DNA of 64,000 bases from Malacoraja senta (taxonomy: Eukaryota). Within the stretch, counting starts at the first letter, position 1. The number at the start of each line of letters is the position of its first letter. Below the pieces are notes generated by a model, which ran no database searches, was not told where the DNA came from, and saw only the letters and a program-made list of their open reading frames with translations. The DNA is taken from positions 62,001 through 126,000 of the forward strand of contig JAXLNO010000269.1 in assembly GCA_038087875.1 (NCBI GenBank). The letters are read 5' to 3'. Position numbers and translations under genes: made by a program. Below are positions 11,993 through 24,713 of the stretch, one piece after another.

Positions 11993-12594
11993 AAAAATAT
12001 CCATTATAAACCTTGGAGATTATACAGTTACCTTGACGACACCTCCTCCCACCCTTTCTCCTGTAAGAAAGTTGCTATCCACAAAATACTCAGCCTCATG
12101 TGGGGAATGCACTGACGTCATCTGTTGCTCAAGCTCCAAAACCCAGAATTTAACCTCTTCCAGTTGACAATATTTTCTGCACTTGAATGTCCAGGACACA
12201 GGAAGCATGCTGGAGTTGCACATCGTGGGAATTGTATATCTCATTGGTCTTAAGTTTCTTTATTTACTACATATTATGCAAATACTTTGACTGCAAGACT
12301 ATTTGCTGTTATACATACCCTGAAGGAACTGCTTGAATTCCCTGGGTTAAAGAAGCTTCTGTCTCGATTTATCAAATGCTTGTTTAAAACTGACTGGGTG
12401 TCTTGTTTCCCATGCATCTTTCAGTCATTTTCCCAGCCAGTACCAGCTCCACCCAACTGGAAGACATCAGGCAGACAGTAACAACACCATCCCCAAGGGA
12501 GTGCAGATCCACTTAAAGAGTCATTAAAGAAACAAAGAGTTTCCCACCGCAGTAGGAACAACCTCTGGACACCCCAAATTGCTTTACTTCTGCT

Positions 12595-13095
12595 GAACAT
12601 AGAACCTTACAGCATAGGATCAGGCCCTTTGGCCCACAACATCTGTGCCAAACGTGAAGCCAAGTTAAACTAATCTCATCCTCTTGCACATGATCCATAT
12701 CCTTCCATTCCCTGCATGTTCATGTGCCTTAGACAGCATAAAACTTCTTAAACGCTACAATTGTATATGCCTCCACCACCACTGGCTGTATGTTCCAGGC
12801 ACCCACCACAGTGTATAAAATACTTGCCCTGCACACCTCATTTGAACTTCGCCTGCTTCTCTCACCTTAAAGTTATGCCATCTGGTCTTTGATGTTTCTA
12901 CCCTGGAATAAAAGTTAGGACTGTCTAACCCATCTCTGACTCTCATCATTTTATATACTTCTATCGGGTCTCCCCTTAACCTTCGGCATTCCGGAGAAAA
13001 TAATCCAGGTGTGCCCAACCTCTCCTTGCAGCTAATACCCTCAAATCATCCTGGGAAACCTCTTCTGCATCCTCTCCAAAGCCTCCACATCCTTA
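12595..13095 (-). mobile_element. CR1 LINE 3' end
   Basis: ORF 12755-13018 GLFSPECRRLRGDPIEVYKMMR; tail GGGCCGAAGGGCCTG-like. Confidence 0.85.
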
Positions 13096-13096
13096 T

Positions 13097-14507
13097 GGCC
13101 CTGTCTCACGGTGTGAGTTGACCCACGAGTGACCCCGAGTGAAAGACTCATGGTTGTGTACGAGATTCCAAGTTTATGATCAAGAGTTTAACCGAGTTCC
13201 CACGGGTATGACTAAGTTTGCCGTTTACTTGTCATTTCTGCGGATGCTCCAAGTTCGTCTCCTGAGTTACCAAGGTCCTCTCCCGAGTTACTCTTGAGCC
13301 AACAACGTCTACTGACGTGTTGAAAAATCATCACATGGTAAAAATGACTTTGTTTTATTTAACTTTAAGTGTGGATTTATTTTTTCATTTTAGTGTAAGT
13401 AATTTCATTGCATCTGTCTTTTCTTTAAAAAGTGGTTATCATGCATCTGCTTATCTGATGGTAGATGTCAAAACTTGCCGTTGAGTGCTTTGCATTGTCT
13501 CTTTTATTGCCTGAATTTAGGCTTGTGCTCCATTTCTCAGCTGAATGAGAATATATACTGGAAATACTTATTTGTGCTTCATTTGTTGATTTGCATGTTT
13601 GAGAAGCCCTTTTTCAGACCACTGTGTTGTTTGCTGTGGTGCTCCTTTTCTCAATATGTTCCAAAAAGCATTTTTTATATTGAACAAGATGAATAAAGAC
13701 TTTGTTTCACATTCACCGTGCTGTTTGTCTTATTTTCTGCTCTACTGTGAGGGGACAATTTTTAACATTTAAAAAGCACAGCATATGAGACACCTAAGTC
13801 CTTAACTCTCACAAATGATTGTGAGAATCAAGATGTGAATATATTGTGCCACTTCCTCAATTTTGTGTTGTATGATGAAAGGAATATTACATTCAAGTCA
13901 TGAGACTTTGTAGTGATATTAAAATGAAGACTTCCAAACATCAATTTGATCTTGATAACAAAGAACTCTCTTTTATTGTGCAATGAAGTAAACAAACAGT
14001 GAGAATCAAACGGATTAGTAAAAAACTTTTCAACTCTTTAAGCTATTAGAAAAAGTGGGAGTATCCAAAAGAAACTAAAACATGCTCAAACAGCCAAAAA
14101 ACAACATATACATACAGATAAGAATCAACATCAGAGGGATAACAGAACTAATCTCCCAGGTCACTGTTCTCTGTCCAGCTGCCGAGTTCAGAGTGCCCAC
14201 GAGTTAACACGGTAGACTCAAGAGTCACTAATGTAAACTCACGGGCCACCAAGTTCTTACAACGAGTTTAAATGTTTCCATTTTTAACTTCAACAGTAAA
14301 TTTGACTCGTGGAAAACTTTAAACATGTTTGAAATTTTTCAAGAGTTAACAAGTTTCACGGGTACCTGCCGTTAGCACCACGAGTCGCTAAGTTGCGTCC
14401 ACGAGTTCCGACGTTCCGGCTACGTTAATCGTACGTGATTACCACGAGTTTCATTTGTTTTAAACTCGGCGACACTCGTGGGTCGACTCGCACCGTTAGA
14501 CAGGGAT
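13097..14507. mobile_element. Non-autonomous PIF/Harbinger-like TIR element (1.4 kb)
   Basis: TIRs CCCTGTCTCACGGTGTGAGTTGACCCACGAGTG (left) versus CCCTGTCTAACGGTGCGAGTCGACCCACGAGTG (right, reverse complement). TTA-like flanks, sub-terminal CGAG repeats, AT-rich non-coding interior. Confidence 0.75.
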
Positions 14508-14510
14508 TTA

Positions 14511-15290
14511 ACAGGGGCTGTTCAGAACTGCATGCAGTACTCCAAAATACTCGTGGCAGACCTCCGAGAGGGCTGGGGCCTGCAGGGAGTACCCACCGAG
14601 CCAGTCCTCTGCGACCGATCGCAAGATCCGGTGGACCGTGGCCTGCAAGGGGAAGATGCCGAGCTGGTCCCCTGCAAACAAATGCAAGATCCGGCGGACC
14701 GTAGCCAACAGGGGAAGATGCCGAGCTGGTCCCCTGCAAACAAACGCAAGATCCGGCGGACCGCAGCCCACAGGGGATGACCACTGGGCCAGTTCCATGC
14801 TTGTAGAACTCGGTGGATTGTGTCCTGGAACGGAGAGTCCACTGAGCTGGCCCCTGCTCATCCCCCAAAGGCCAGAGACAGGGAGGACGGAGCTGGCCAT
14901 GACGACAGACACAACAGGCAAGGAGCGAGGCCGGTAGGAGAAGGACCAGGATTTGGCTTACCACACCCTAAAGGTCAGCTCGTGCAAAACAAAGGTGGAC
15001 AGGCGAGGGGAGGACATCGGTTCACTGGTCGATCCACAAGTTCGAGGGAAGGCGACAGCTGGGGCATACCTAGAACAGGCACCGTTCATCACAATTAGAG
15101 CGTGGACTAGACTTTGAAAATGGCGCCAAAACATGGCGCCACTTCTATGTGGGTCAGTAAACTATTTCTGAGCAATTTGCTAATTGGGGATGTGCTTAAG
15201 TATGGAAATACTCTACTGGACTGTTTGAAAGAGAAGAATTTCACTGTGCATTTGCATTTTGTACTTCATAAAAGCACCATTGAACTATTA
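14511..15290 (+). repeat. GC-rich unclassified repeat with ~62-bp internal tandem units
   Basis: GGGGAAGATGCCGAGCTGGTCCCCTGCAAAC... at 14649 and 14711, with a partial unit upstream. AAAATGGCGCCAAAACATGGCG at about 15117. Confidence 0.55.
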
Positions 15291-15292
15291 AC

Positions 15293-17020
15293 CATATAAC
15301 CATATAACAATTATAGCACGGAAACAGGCCATCTTGGCCCTTCTAGTCCGTGCCGAACACTTATTCTCACCTAGTCCCATCTACCTGCACTCAGACCATA
15401 ACCCTCCATTCCTTTCCCGTCCATATACCCATCCAATTTATTTTTAAATGACAAAATCGAACCTGCCTCCACCACTTCCACTGGGAGCTCATTCCACACA
15501 GCTACCACTCTCTGAGTAAAGAAGTTCCCCCTCATGTTACCCCTAAACCTCTGTCCCTTAATTCTCAAATCATGTCCTCTTGTTTGAATCTTCCCTACTC
15601 TCAATGGAAAAAGCTTATCCACATCAACTCTGTCTATCCCTCTCATCATTTTAAAGACCTCTATCAAGTCCCCCCTTAACCTTCTGCGCTCCAAAGAATA
15701 AAGACCTAACTTGTTCAACCTTTCTCTGTAACTTAGTTGCTGAAACCCAGGCAACATTCTAGTAAATCCCCTCTGTACTCTCTATTTTGTTGACATCTTT
15801 CCTATAATTTCGTGACCAAAACTGTACACCATACTTCAGAATTGGCCTCACCAATGCCTTGTACAATTTTAACATTACATCCCAACTTCTATACTCAATG
15901 CTCTGATTTATAAAGGCCAGCACACGAAAAGCTTTCTTTACCACCCTATCTACATGAGATTCCACCTTCAGGGAACTATGCACAGTTATTCCTAGATCCC
16001 TCTGTTCAACTGCATTCCTCAATTCGCTACCATTTACCATGTACGTCCTATTTTGATTTGTCCTGCCGAGATGTAGCACCTCACACTTATCAGCATTAAA
16101 CTCCATCTGCCATCTTTCAGCCCACTCTTCCAAATGGCCTAAATCTCTCTGTAGACTTTGAAAATCTACTTCATTATCCACAACACCACCTATCTTAGTA
16201 TCATCTGCATACTTACTAATCCAATTTACCACACCATCATCCAGATCATTGATGTACATGACAAACAACAGTGGACCCAACACAGATCCCTGAGGCACCC
16301 CACTAGTCACCGGCCTCCAACCTGACAAACAGCCATCCACCATTACTCTCTGGCATCTCCCATTCAGCTACTGTTGAATCCATCTTGCTACTCCACTATT
16401 AATACCCAACAATTGAACCTTCTTAACCAACCTTCCATGTGGAACCTTGTTAAAGGCCTTACTGAAGTCCATATAGACAACATCCACTGCTTTACCCTCA
16501 TCAATTTCCCTAGTAACCTCTTCAAAAAATTCAAGAAGATTAGTCAAACATGACCTTCCAGGCACAAATCCATGTTGACTGTTCCTAATCAGACCCTGTT
16601 TATCCAGATGCTTATATATATTATCTCTAAGTATCCTTTCCATTAATTTGCCCACCACTGACGTCAAACTAACAGGTCTATAATTGCTATGTTTACTCTT
16701 AGAACCCTTTTTAAACAATGGAACAACATGCGCAGTACGCCAATCCTTCGGCACCATTCCCGTTTCTAATGACATTTGAAATATTTCTGTCATAGCCCCT
16801 GCTATTTCTACACTAACTTCCCTCAATGTCCTAGGGAATATCCTGTCAGGACCTGGAGATGTATCCACTTTTATATTTTTCAAAAGTGTCAGTAATTCCT
16901 CTTCTTTGAATCTCATAGTTTCCATAGCTACTCTACTTGTTTCCCTTACCTCACATAATTCAATTTCCTTCTCCTTGGTGAATATCGAATAAAAGAAATT
17001 GTTCAATATCTCCCCCATCT
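15293..17020 (-). mobile_element. CR1/HER1-type LINE, 5'-truncated, well-preserved RT
   Basis: ORFs 16368-17183, 15759-16343 ([18 protein letters not shown]) and 15371-15757. (TTATATGG)n tail near 15293. Confidence 0.95.
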
Positions 17021-17319
17021 CTTTGAACAATTTCTTTTCTTCAGTATTCACCCAGGAGAAGGATATTGAATTATGTGAGGTAAGGGAAACAAGTAGAGTT
17101 ATTAACCTAAGTCCTATAAAGCTGCAATGTGGCCTCCTGATTTGTATGCTCAATGCACTGATCAATGAAGACAAGTATACCATATGCCTTCTTTACCACT
17201 CTATCTCCTTGTGTTGCCACTTTCAAGGAGCTATGGACTTCAACCTCAAGATCTCTCTGTATATCAATGCTGTAAAGGGTCTTGCCATTAATTGTATAGT
17301 TTCCTCTCACATTGGTGAC

Positions 17320-18463
17320 TAAAATTAGAGCACATGGTATTGGTGGTAGGTGTTGACATGGATAGAAAATTGGTTGGCAGACAGGAAGCAAAGAGTAGAA
17401 GTGGTCCTTTTCAGAATGGCAGGCAGTGGCAAGTGGAGTGCCGCAAGGCTCGGTGTTGGGGCCGAAACTGTTTACCATATATATTAATGATTTGGAAGAG
17501 GGAATTAGAAGCAACACTAGCAAGTTTGCGGATGACACAAAGCTGGGTGGCAGTGTGAACTGTGAAGACGATGTTAGGAGGTTGCAGGGTGACCTGGACA
17601 GGTTGAGTGAGTGGGCAGATGCGTGGCAGATGCAGTATAATATAGATAAATGTGAGGTTATCCACTTTGGCGGCAAAAACAAGGGGGCAGATTATTATCT
17701 CAATGGGGTTAGGTTAGGCAAGGAGGAGATGCAGCGAGACCTGGGCGTCCTTGTACACCAATCACTGAAAGTTGGCGTGCAGGTACAGCAGGCAGTGAAG
17801 AAAGCTAATGGAATGTTGGCCTTCAAAACAAGAGGATTTCAGTATAGGAGTAAAAAGGTTCTTCTGCAGTTGTATAGGGCTCTGGTGAGACCACATCTGG
17901 AGTATTGTGTCCAGTTTTTGGTCTCCGAATTTGAGGAAGGACATCCTTGTGATTGAGGCAGTGCAGCATAGGTTCACGAGATTGATCCCTGGGATGGCGG
18001 GACTGTCATATGAGGAAAGATTGAAAAGACTAGGCTTGTATTCACTGAAATTTAGAAGGATGAGGGGGGATCTTATAGAAACATATAAAATTATAAAAGG
18101 ACTGGACAAGCTAGATGCAGGAAAAATGTTCCCAATGTTGGGCGAGTCCAGAACCAGGGGCCACAGTCTTAGAATAAAGGGTTAGCCATTTAAGACTGAG
18201 GTGAGAAAAAACTTTTTCACCCAGAGAGTTGTGAATTTGTGGAATTCCCTGCCACAGAGGGTAGTGGAGGCCAAGTCACTGAATGGATTTAAGAGAGAGT
18301 TAGATAGAGCTCTAGGGGCTAGTGGAATCACGGGATATGGGGAGAAGGCAGGCACGGGTTATTGATTGGGGACGATCAGCCATGATCACAATGAATGGCG
18401 GTGCTGCCTCGAAGGGCCAAATGGCCTCCTCCTGCACCTATTTTCTATGTTTCTATGTTTCTA
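17320..18463 (+). mobile_element. Young HER1-type CR1 LINE 3' insertion
   Basis: ORFs 17426-17956 ([29 protein letters not shown]) and 17907-18185. (TTTCTATG)n tail. Confidence 0.95.
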
Positions 18464-18831
18464 TTCAACCTCCTCACACTTGCCCGGATTAAACTTCATC
18501 TGCCATTTCCATAGCTGATCTACATCCTGCTGTATACTTTGACATCCTTCCTCACAGTCCACAACTGACCCCGGCGGTACTCCACTGGTCACAGATCTCT
18601 AGCTTGAACATTGTCCTTCCGCCACAACACTGTCTTCTGTCAGTAAACCGGTTCTAAATCCATATGACCAAATCACTGTTAATCCCATGCATTTTAATCG
18701 ACTGGATTAGCGTACCATGGATCTTTATCAAATGTCTGACTAAAATCCACGTCCTACCCTCATCAATCACCTTCATAACCTCCTCAAAAACGTGCTCAAA
18801 CCGTGACCTGCTGCATACAAAGCCATATCGA

Positions 18832-19730
18832 AGGGGGCGCTGTCCTGAACGGCTGCCGGTCCTGCAGCTGTTCGTTTTTTTCACTTCTTTTTTATTATTT
18901 TTAGTACGTTAAAGTGTGTAGTGGGGGGTCTAATCTTTTTATGTGTGGGGGGGTGGTGGGGGAGAAGGGGGTAACTGCTTTTTCAAGTCCCTACCTGGTC
19001 GGAGAGGCTACTTTCCTCCGAGCAGCACCTTCGACCCGTCCTCGCGGCCTACCAGCGGGGCCTGGAGCGGCGTTTCCTGAGGGGACCCGGCCAGAACCTC
19101 GGCTTCGGCGGCGGCACAGCGCTGGAGCGCTATCGCGGAGTGGGCGATGCCTTGTTTGGGTCGCCATGCTGGAACTCCGGTATGCTGGGACCGCCGATAA
19201 AAACATGGCGGAGCCGCGGGTCTGTGGAGCGCCCAGCTGCGGGGACTGCCGATAAAAACATCGCGGAGCCGCGGGTCTGTGGAGCGGCCAGCTGCGGGCG
19301 GCAGCGCTGACTTTAACATCGCGGAGCCTGGGATCTCTCGCCGAGATCGGCAGTATGTGGAGCTCCGTCCAGAGCGGCCTGTTGGCTTGCAAGCCGCGGT
19401 CTCCGGTAAGAAGGCAGCCGTTCCTGGCACCCCAAGCCGCTGAGAGGGTTCTCCCGACACCGGAGTACCATCACCCGGCGAGAATGGCCAGGAACATCGA
19501 GCCTCCGTAGCGGCGACTGTGGAGGCCTCAATAGGCCCGACTATGGGTGGACATGGGGATGGGGACTGGACTTTGTGCCTTCCCTCACTGTGGGAACCAT
19601 TGTGGGGGGATGTTTTTATGTTTTTATGTTAAACTTCTTTAATGCTATGTTGTATTTTTATTAGTGTGCTGCAAGGACATCAGAATTTCCCCTGAATAAG
19701 GGGATTAATAAAGTATTTATTATTATTATT
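18832..19730 (+). mobile_element. Non-coding GC-rich retroposon-like element (~900 bp)
   Basis: Interrupts the CR1. Ends GGGATTAATAAAGT plus (TTA)n. Near-identical 3' half at 57565-58000 on the minus strand. Confidence 0.7.
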
Positions 19731-22074
19731 GCCTGTCCTTAATTAGCCTATTCCTTTACAAATGGGAGCAAATCCTATCCCGAAGAATCCCCTCCAATGG
19801 CTTTCCCACCATTGCCATGATGCTCACCAGCCTATAATTTTCTGGATCTTCTCTACTTTTCTTAAACAAAGGAACAGCACTGGCTACTCTCCAATCCCCC
19901 GGGCCCTCGCCAGTGGCAAGAAAAGATGCAAAGATCTCTATCAAGGCTCCTGCAATCTCCTTCCTCTCTTGCCTCTCTTAATAACATGGGATGTATCCCA
20001 GGAGATTTATCTACCTTGATGATCTTCAAGAGTACAAACATTACCTCCTTCTTAATCTCAAATAGCCTTGTATTCTCCACACTGATACTGTCCTCTTTGT
20101 CCATCCTCTTGGTGAAAACAGATGCAAAGTACTAATTTAGTACCCTGCCTACATCCTTGGACTCCCAAGTATAAATTCCTTCCTTTATCCTTGACTCAGA
20201 GACATTTTGGTTTGCATGCTATCCAGGTAAACTATATCATACATGAGTAGAAAAAAAAGAAAGGAAACAAGAGTGCAGAATATAGTGTTACAGAGTGGTT
20301 TAGCACCGTGCTATCCATGTGAGAGGGCTGTTTATATTAACTTGGATTGAGCTGACATTGTTTCAGAATAATTTCTGAGTAGTCTTTGTATGTCTGTTGC
20401 TGGCCATCGCAAAAATCTCCCCGAAAATGGACCTCTGTTCTGAACTTTGTCACTTGAGGTGGACAGGTGGACAGAGGAAAACCTTTGGAGAAAAAAAAAC
20501 ATTTTCCCAGAATCCAGGGAATGTCTGCCCCATATTCCCTTGAAGAAGGAGAATTCTGGATGGCATTAAGAACCTTGAACCATGCATCGGGAGTACACAC
20601 ACATAGCAGAAGGAATGCCCCAGCTCACAAACCAAACAGCTGTCAATTTGACACCTTCTGCCCATCTGTGGAAGAGTCTGCTGTTCCCACATTGTCCTTG
20701 ACTGTCACTTACAGCTCACAGAATCAGAGTTGAAGCAACTCATCCTCAATCCCAGGGGATTGCCTAAGAACAAGGAGAAAAATCTGTCCCACACTGTCAA
20801 TGTGCCATAATATATCTTATTTCAGGTTAGATCATTAGATATTTGCAGCTCATGACCTGATCATCATAGTCCTGACTTCAGAGTCAGAACTTTGACACTC
20901 AGCATGTCAGCTTTTCTTCAAGGATATTGGTGTGAGGGATCTTCCTGCCTGTGGAACAACACCCCATCTTCCGTCCAGGCAAGTTGCAGCCTTCCAGAGT
21001 AATTATCAAATGTTCCACCTTCAGGTGATTCGCTTTCAATGTCAACATCAGAACTGTCTATTTCTGCTGTAAGTCATCCATCTGTGATATTGGCCCTCTT
21101 TTCTCTCTCCATTGCCATAGCCTGACCTGCTGGGCATGTCCCACTGCCCCACAACATTAGCAAAACATTACAGGTCTTTGTGTGGTCTTATTATCATCCT
21201 CTCAATGCTCCCATTAACCCATTTGACCAGAGGAACCGTACAACTCATCCCCAAGCAACACCGGCCTCACCCTATCTCAGATCTTCCCTTCATCTCATCC
21301 ATCCATCTCACCACCTTCTCTGAGGCTTAAAATTATCTTTTTTAATACCTTCCTCAGTTCTCCCTCAGGATCTTAGATGTGAAATGTTATTTCTGTTTCT
21401 CTTTCCTAAGATGCTGATTGTTCCTGCATTCTCCAGTTGTACATCAGCAATTGCTTTGCATTTCAATCCATTTTTTACAAATTGGACGTTTTGAAATTAT
21501 ACAAATGGAAATTTATTGACGTCCTATTGTCAAAGATGCAAGCAATTATTATTATTAAATACGGATTATTGTGGGTGAGTTCAGATGTGCTCCAGCTATT
21601 TGGCAATATGGTAGAAGATGAATAAGGGCGAGCTGGGCAATCAGCGAAAATCTTTCCATTGGTCCATTTTCCTGGTCTTGCCATTCCCTAGCTCTGGATC
21701 CTAGCCAAATTTGGCCTGGGTCTTCAACTCTGAATTTCCCTATCTAATCATCCTGCTTTTCTAATTTTTTTCCTTCCAAAACTGTAAACTTTAGGAAAGT
21801 GCTTGCTATCTGATGAGATTTCAAACTAAGTTCCTATCTGATCTCTCAATTGAACACAATTGATCTCAGATCCTAATTTCAAATAGAGATATTTATTGGT
21901 CCATTTTTACTCTTGAATCAACAAAAGTGGATTATAAACTCATTAACAATGTGCTCTTGTGGGAGCTTGTGAGCTTGTATTTTCCATGCTATGACATGAC
22001 TAAAAATACATTGTTGGCTGCAAAGTGCTTTAAAATGGCCAATGTATCAATAATTCTCTTTTTTTTTCTTTCGT

Positions 22075-22180
22075 TAAATATATTGTTTACAGTGTACTAT
22101 GTTTACATATTCTGTTGTGCTGCAGCAAGTAAGAATTTCATTGTTCTATCATGACAATACAACACTCTTGACTCTTGAAA
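22075..22180 (+). mobile_element. Rex-Babar 3' UTR remnant
   Basis: Matches the reverse complement of the 8712-8800 tail (tgtgctg..gcaag..atttcattg..catgacaat). Confidence 0.6.
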
Positions 22181-22419
22181 TATAATTATTTTTTAATCTG
22201 CTCATTTAATAGCCAAATCCTATGGGGTGAAATAAACTAGCGTTTGTAAGTATTGATCAGGAGAACACAGGGGGGCAGAGCAGTTCAATCTTGAGTTGGA
22301 ATAAAAGCATATAATTCTGAGTTGAAGAAAAGGAATATCTCTAATAGTGTGAGGCTTTAATTGCTATATTCACCCATCTGGTCTCACCATATCAGACACA
22401 TTCCCTCCATGGAGCACAG

Positions 22420-22750
22420 GGGAGCACAGTGGTGCAGCTAGTAGAGTCACTGCCTCATGGCACCTGAGACTCTGGTTAATCCTGACTTTGGAGCTGCCTG
22501 TGTGGAGTTTACATGTTCTCTCTGTGACTGAACGCTCTGATTTCCTCGTACGTCCCAAAGACGTTTTGCTGACGGGGTGATTGGCCGTTGTAAATTTCCA
22601 CTCCTGTGTAGGTGAGTTGTAGAATCTGGAAGAAGTTGATTGGAATGTGGAGAGAATAAAATGGGATAAATAATGGATTACTGTAAATGTGTGGTTGATG
22701 ATCAGTGTAGAATGGGTGAGCCGAATGGCCTGTTTCCCTGCTGTATCTCT
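22420..22750 (+). mobile_element. HE1-like SINE (diverged)
   Basis: tRNA-like head, TGTGTGGAGTTT core, GCCGAATGGCCTGTTTCC tail. Confidence 0.75.
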
Positions 22751-23159
22751 CCCGGATTCCTTGACCATGACTTTGGTCTTTCTGTCTCTTCCTGCTGTGC
22801 TCTCTGCACTGCAACTTGCTGGGAAGGATGCACTGGAGCATTGAGCACAGCAATTTACTTTGCATAACAATAATTTGAGTTTACTGGTGATCCAGCAGAG
22901 AGTTCAACAAGCACACAGAACTTGTCTCCTTTCTCACCGTTTAGTTTGCTTTCATTTGGCATTTGCCAGCCATTCCTATCCCATGCCCACAGCTTTTGGA
23001 AATACCAAAGGCCACCCACCATTATACCCAAGTCCTTGCCTCCACTCCAAGGTATAGCAGGGGAAACAGCCCCCCCCCCCCCCACACGCCTACACTGATC
23101 ATCAACCAAACTTTTACAATAATTAATGCCATCCAAACTCCTGGACCTAGGTATCACCA

Positions 23160-24300
23160 CCTCCCTCACTGAGGGAAGGTGACAATAGATCCTTCACAAT
23201 AATTCTCAACATTAGTGCCTCGCAAGAATGCCATCTCAGTTCTTTACTGTACTTCCTTCACACCGGCGACTGAGTAGCCATATTCTGCTCTAACTGAATC
23301 GACAAGTTTACAGATGACACCATTGTAGTGTCTACATCTTGAACAATGATGAGATGGAGTACAAGAAGGAGATAGAAAACTTAAATAACATGGTGTCAAG
23401 ACTACAAGCTCTTCCTTAGTGTCAGCAAGATGAAGGGAGACAGTGATTGACTTCAGGAGGTGTGATGGAATACAAACCCAAATCAGGATCAATGGTGCTG
23501 AAGTGAAGATGGTGGAGAGCTCAAGTTTCTAGACATAAATATTACCATTTATTTGTCCTGGACCAACCACATTGAAGATACGGCAATAAAAAGCACTCCA
23601 ACGCATCTACTTTCTCAGGAGACTAAGGAAGTTTGGCATGTCTCCAATGGCTCTTACCAACTACTTAATATTGCCAATGATCTGTCATTGATGTGACAAC
23701 CAGAAGGTGCACCAACACCTCTACTTCCTTAAGAGACTGAGACAATTCTGCATGTCTCTAATGACACAAGCACAGCTTCATTTGGGAATAGCTCTGCCTA
23801 AGACCGCAAGAAATTATGGAGAAATGTGGATGTAGTCCAGTTCATCACACACACCAGAATCCCTACCGTCGACTCCATCTACTCTTCATGCTGTCTAAGG
23901 AAAGCAGCCACATAATCTTGGACCTTTTTCACCTGAGTCACTCCCTTTTCACCCCTTTCCCATTGGGCATAAGAAACAAAAGGTTGAAAGCACATACACC
24001 AAACTCAGAAACAGCTTTTCCCCTTCTGTTGTCAGACTACTGAACAGTCCTCCCATATGATAGGGTGCAGTCTCCATCCCCCAACTTACCTCATTGCGTA
24101 ATTGGACATTTTCTCTGGAAATGTAATTTTTAAAGTTGCAAACTATATTCTGCACTCTGGTATTTTTATCTTTGCACTAATGTTGTACTTGTCTATAGCT
24201 TGATTGTATTTGTTCAAAGTATAATTGGATTTAATTGGTTAGTTCGCAAACAAAAGCTTTTCACTGTACCTCAGTACACATGACAAAATGAAAGTAATCC
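23160..24300 (+). mobile_element. Decayed Rex-Babar LINE RT/3' region
   Basis: KFTDDT-like motif at about 23305; ORF 23816 PFPLGIRNKRLKAH; typical 3' UTR. Confidence 0.75.
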
Positions 24301-24713
24301 AATCTAATCCTCCACCAGGCACACAGGTGGCCACTGAGCTTTAAGTGGAAATGACCCCGCGGGTGTTTCTCTCAGTGGGCCACACTTTAAATCTCTTCAT
24401 TTATTGTGCTTCCAACAACAGCTCCAATCTGGGACAAACGTTTATCATGCCGGGCTAATTAAATCTTAAGTAAAATCCTACTTAATTGATACTGGGTGAG
24501 CTGGGTTCCATTTATAGATTTACCACTGAGAACTTACCCAGTGCTTATTGAACTAACAAAGGGGCAGCATCTTATCAAGGAAGGACAGCTTCTTTGATCT
24601 ACATAGAATTCCACAGAAACCTGTCCCATCTTACAGTTACTGCCCACACTATAATTGAACAAAGATTGCTTCTGAGGAAATGTGGATGTATTTGCCAAGG
24701 TAATTTGTGCTTT

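Larger units (their letters stand above)
17107..20195 (-). mobile_element. Older CR1 LINE, fragmented by two insertions
   Basis: Pieces at 17107-17318, 18465-18830 (FEEVMKVIDEGR) and 19735-20195 (DKSPGIHP.LLREAREE; DWRVASAVPLFKK). Confidence 0.8.

Noticed and set aside
12031..12380. Short minus-strand exon-like segments (also near 20713-20763 and 32033-32193)
   Set aside because: Splice-like dinucleotides only, with no coherent or recognisable protein when joined.
14590..14780. CRISPR-like repeat array
   Set aside because: These are contiguous tandem units without unique spacers, in a vertebrate context with no cas genes.
18914..19531. Overlapping 110-150 aa ORFs
   Set aside because: Stop-poor GC-rich repeat, open on both strands, with no protein motifs.
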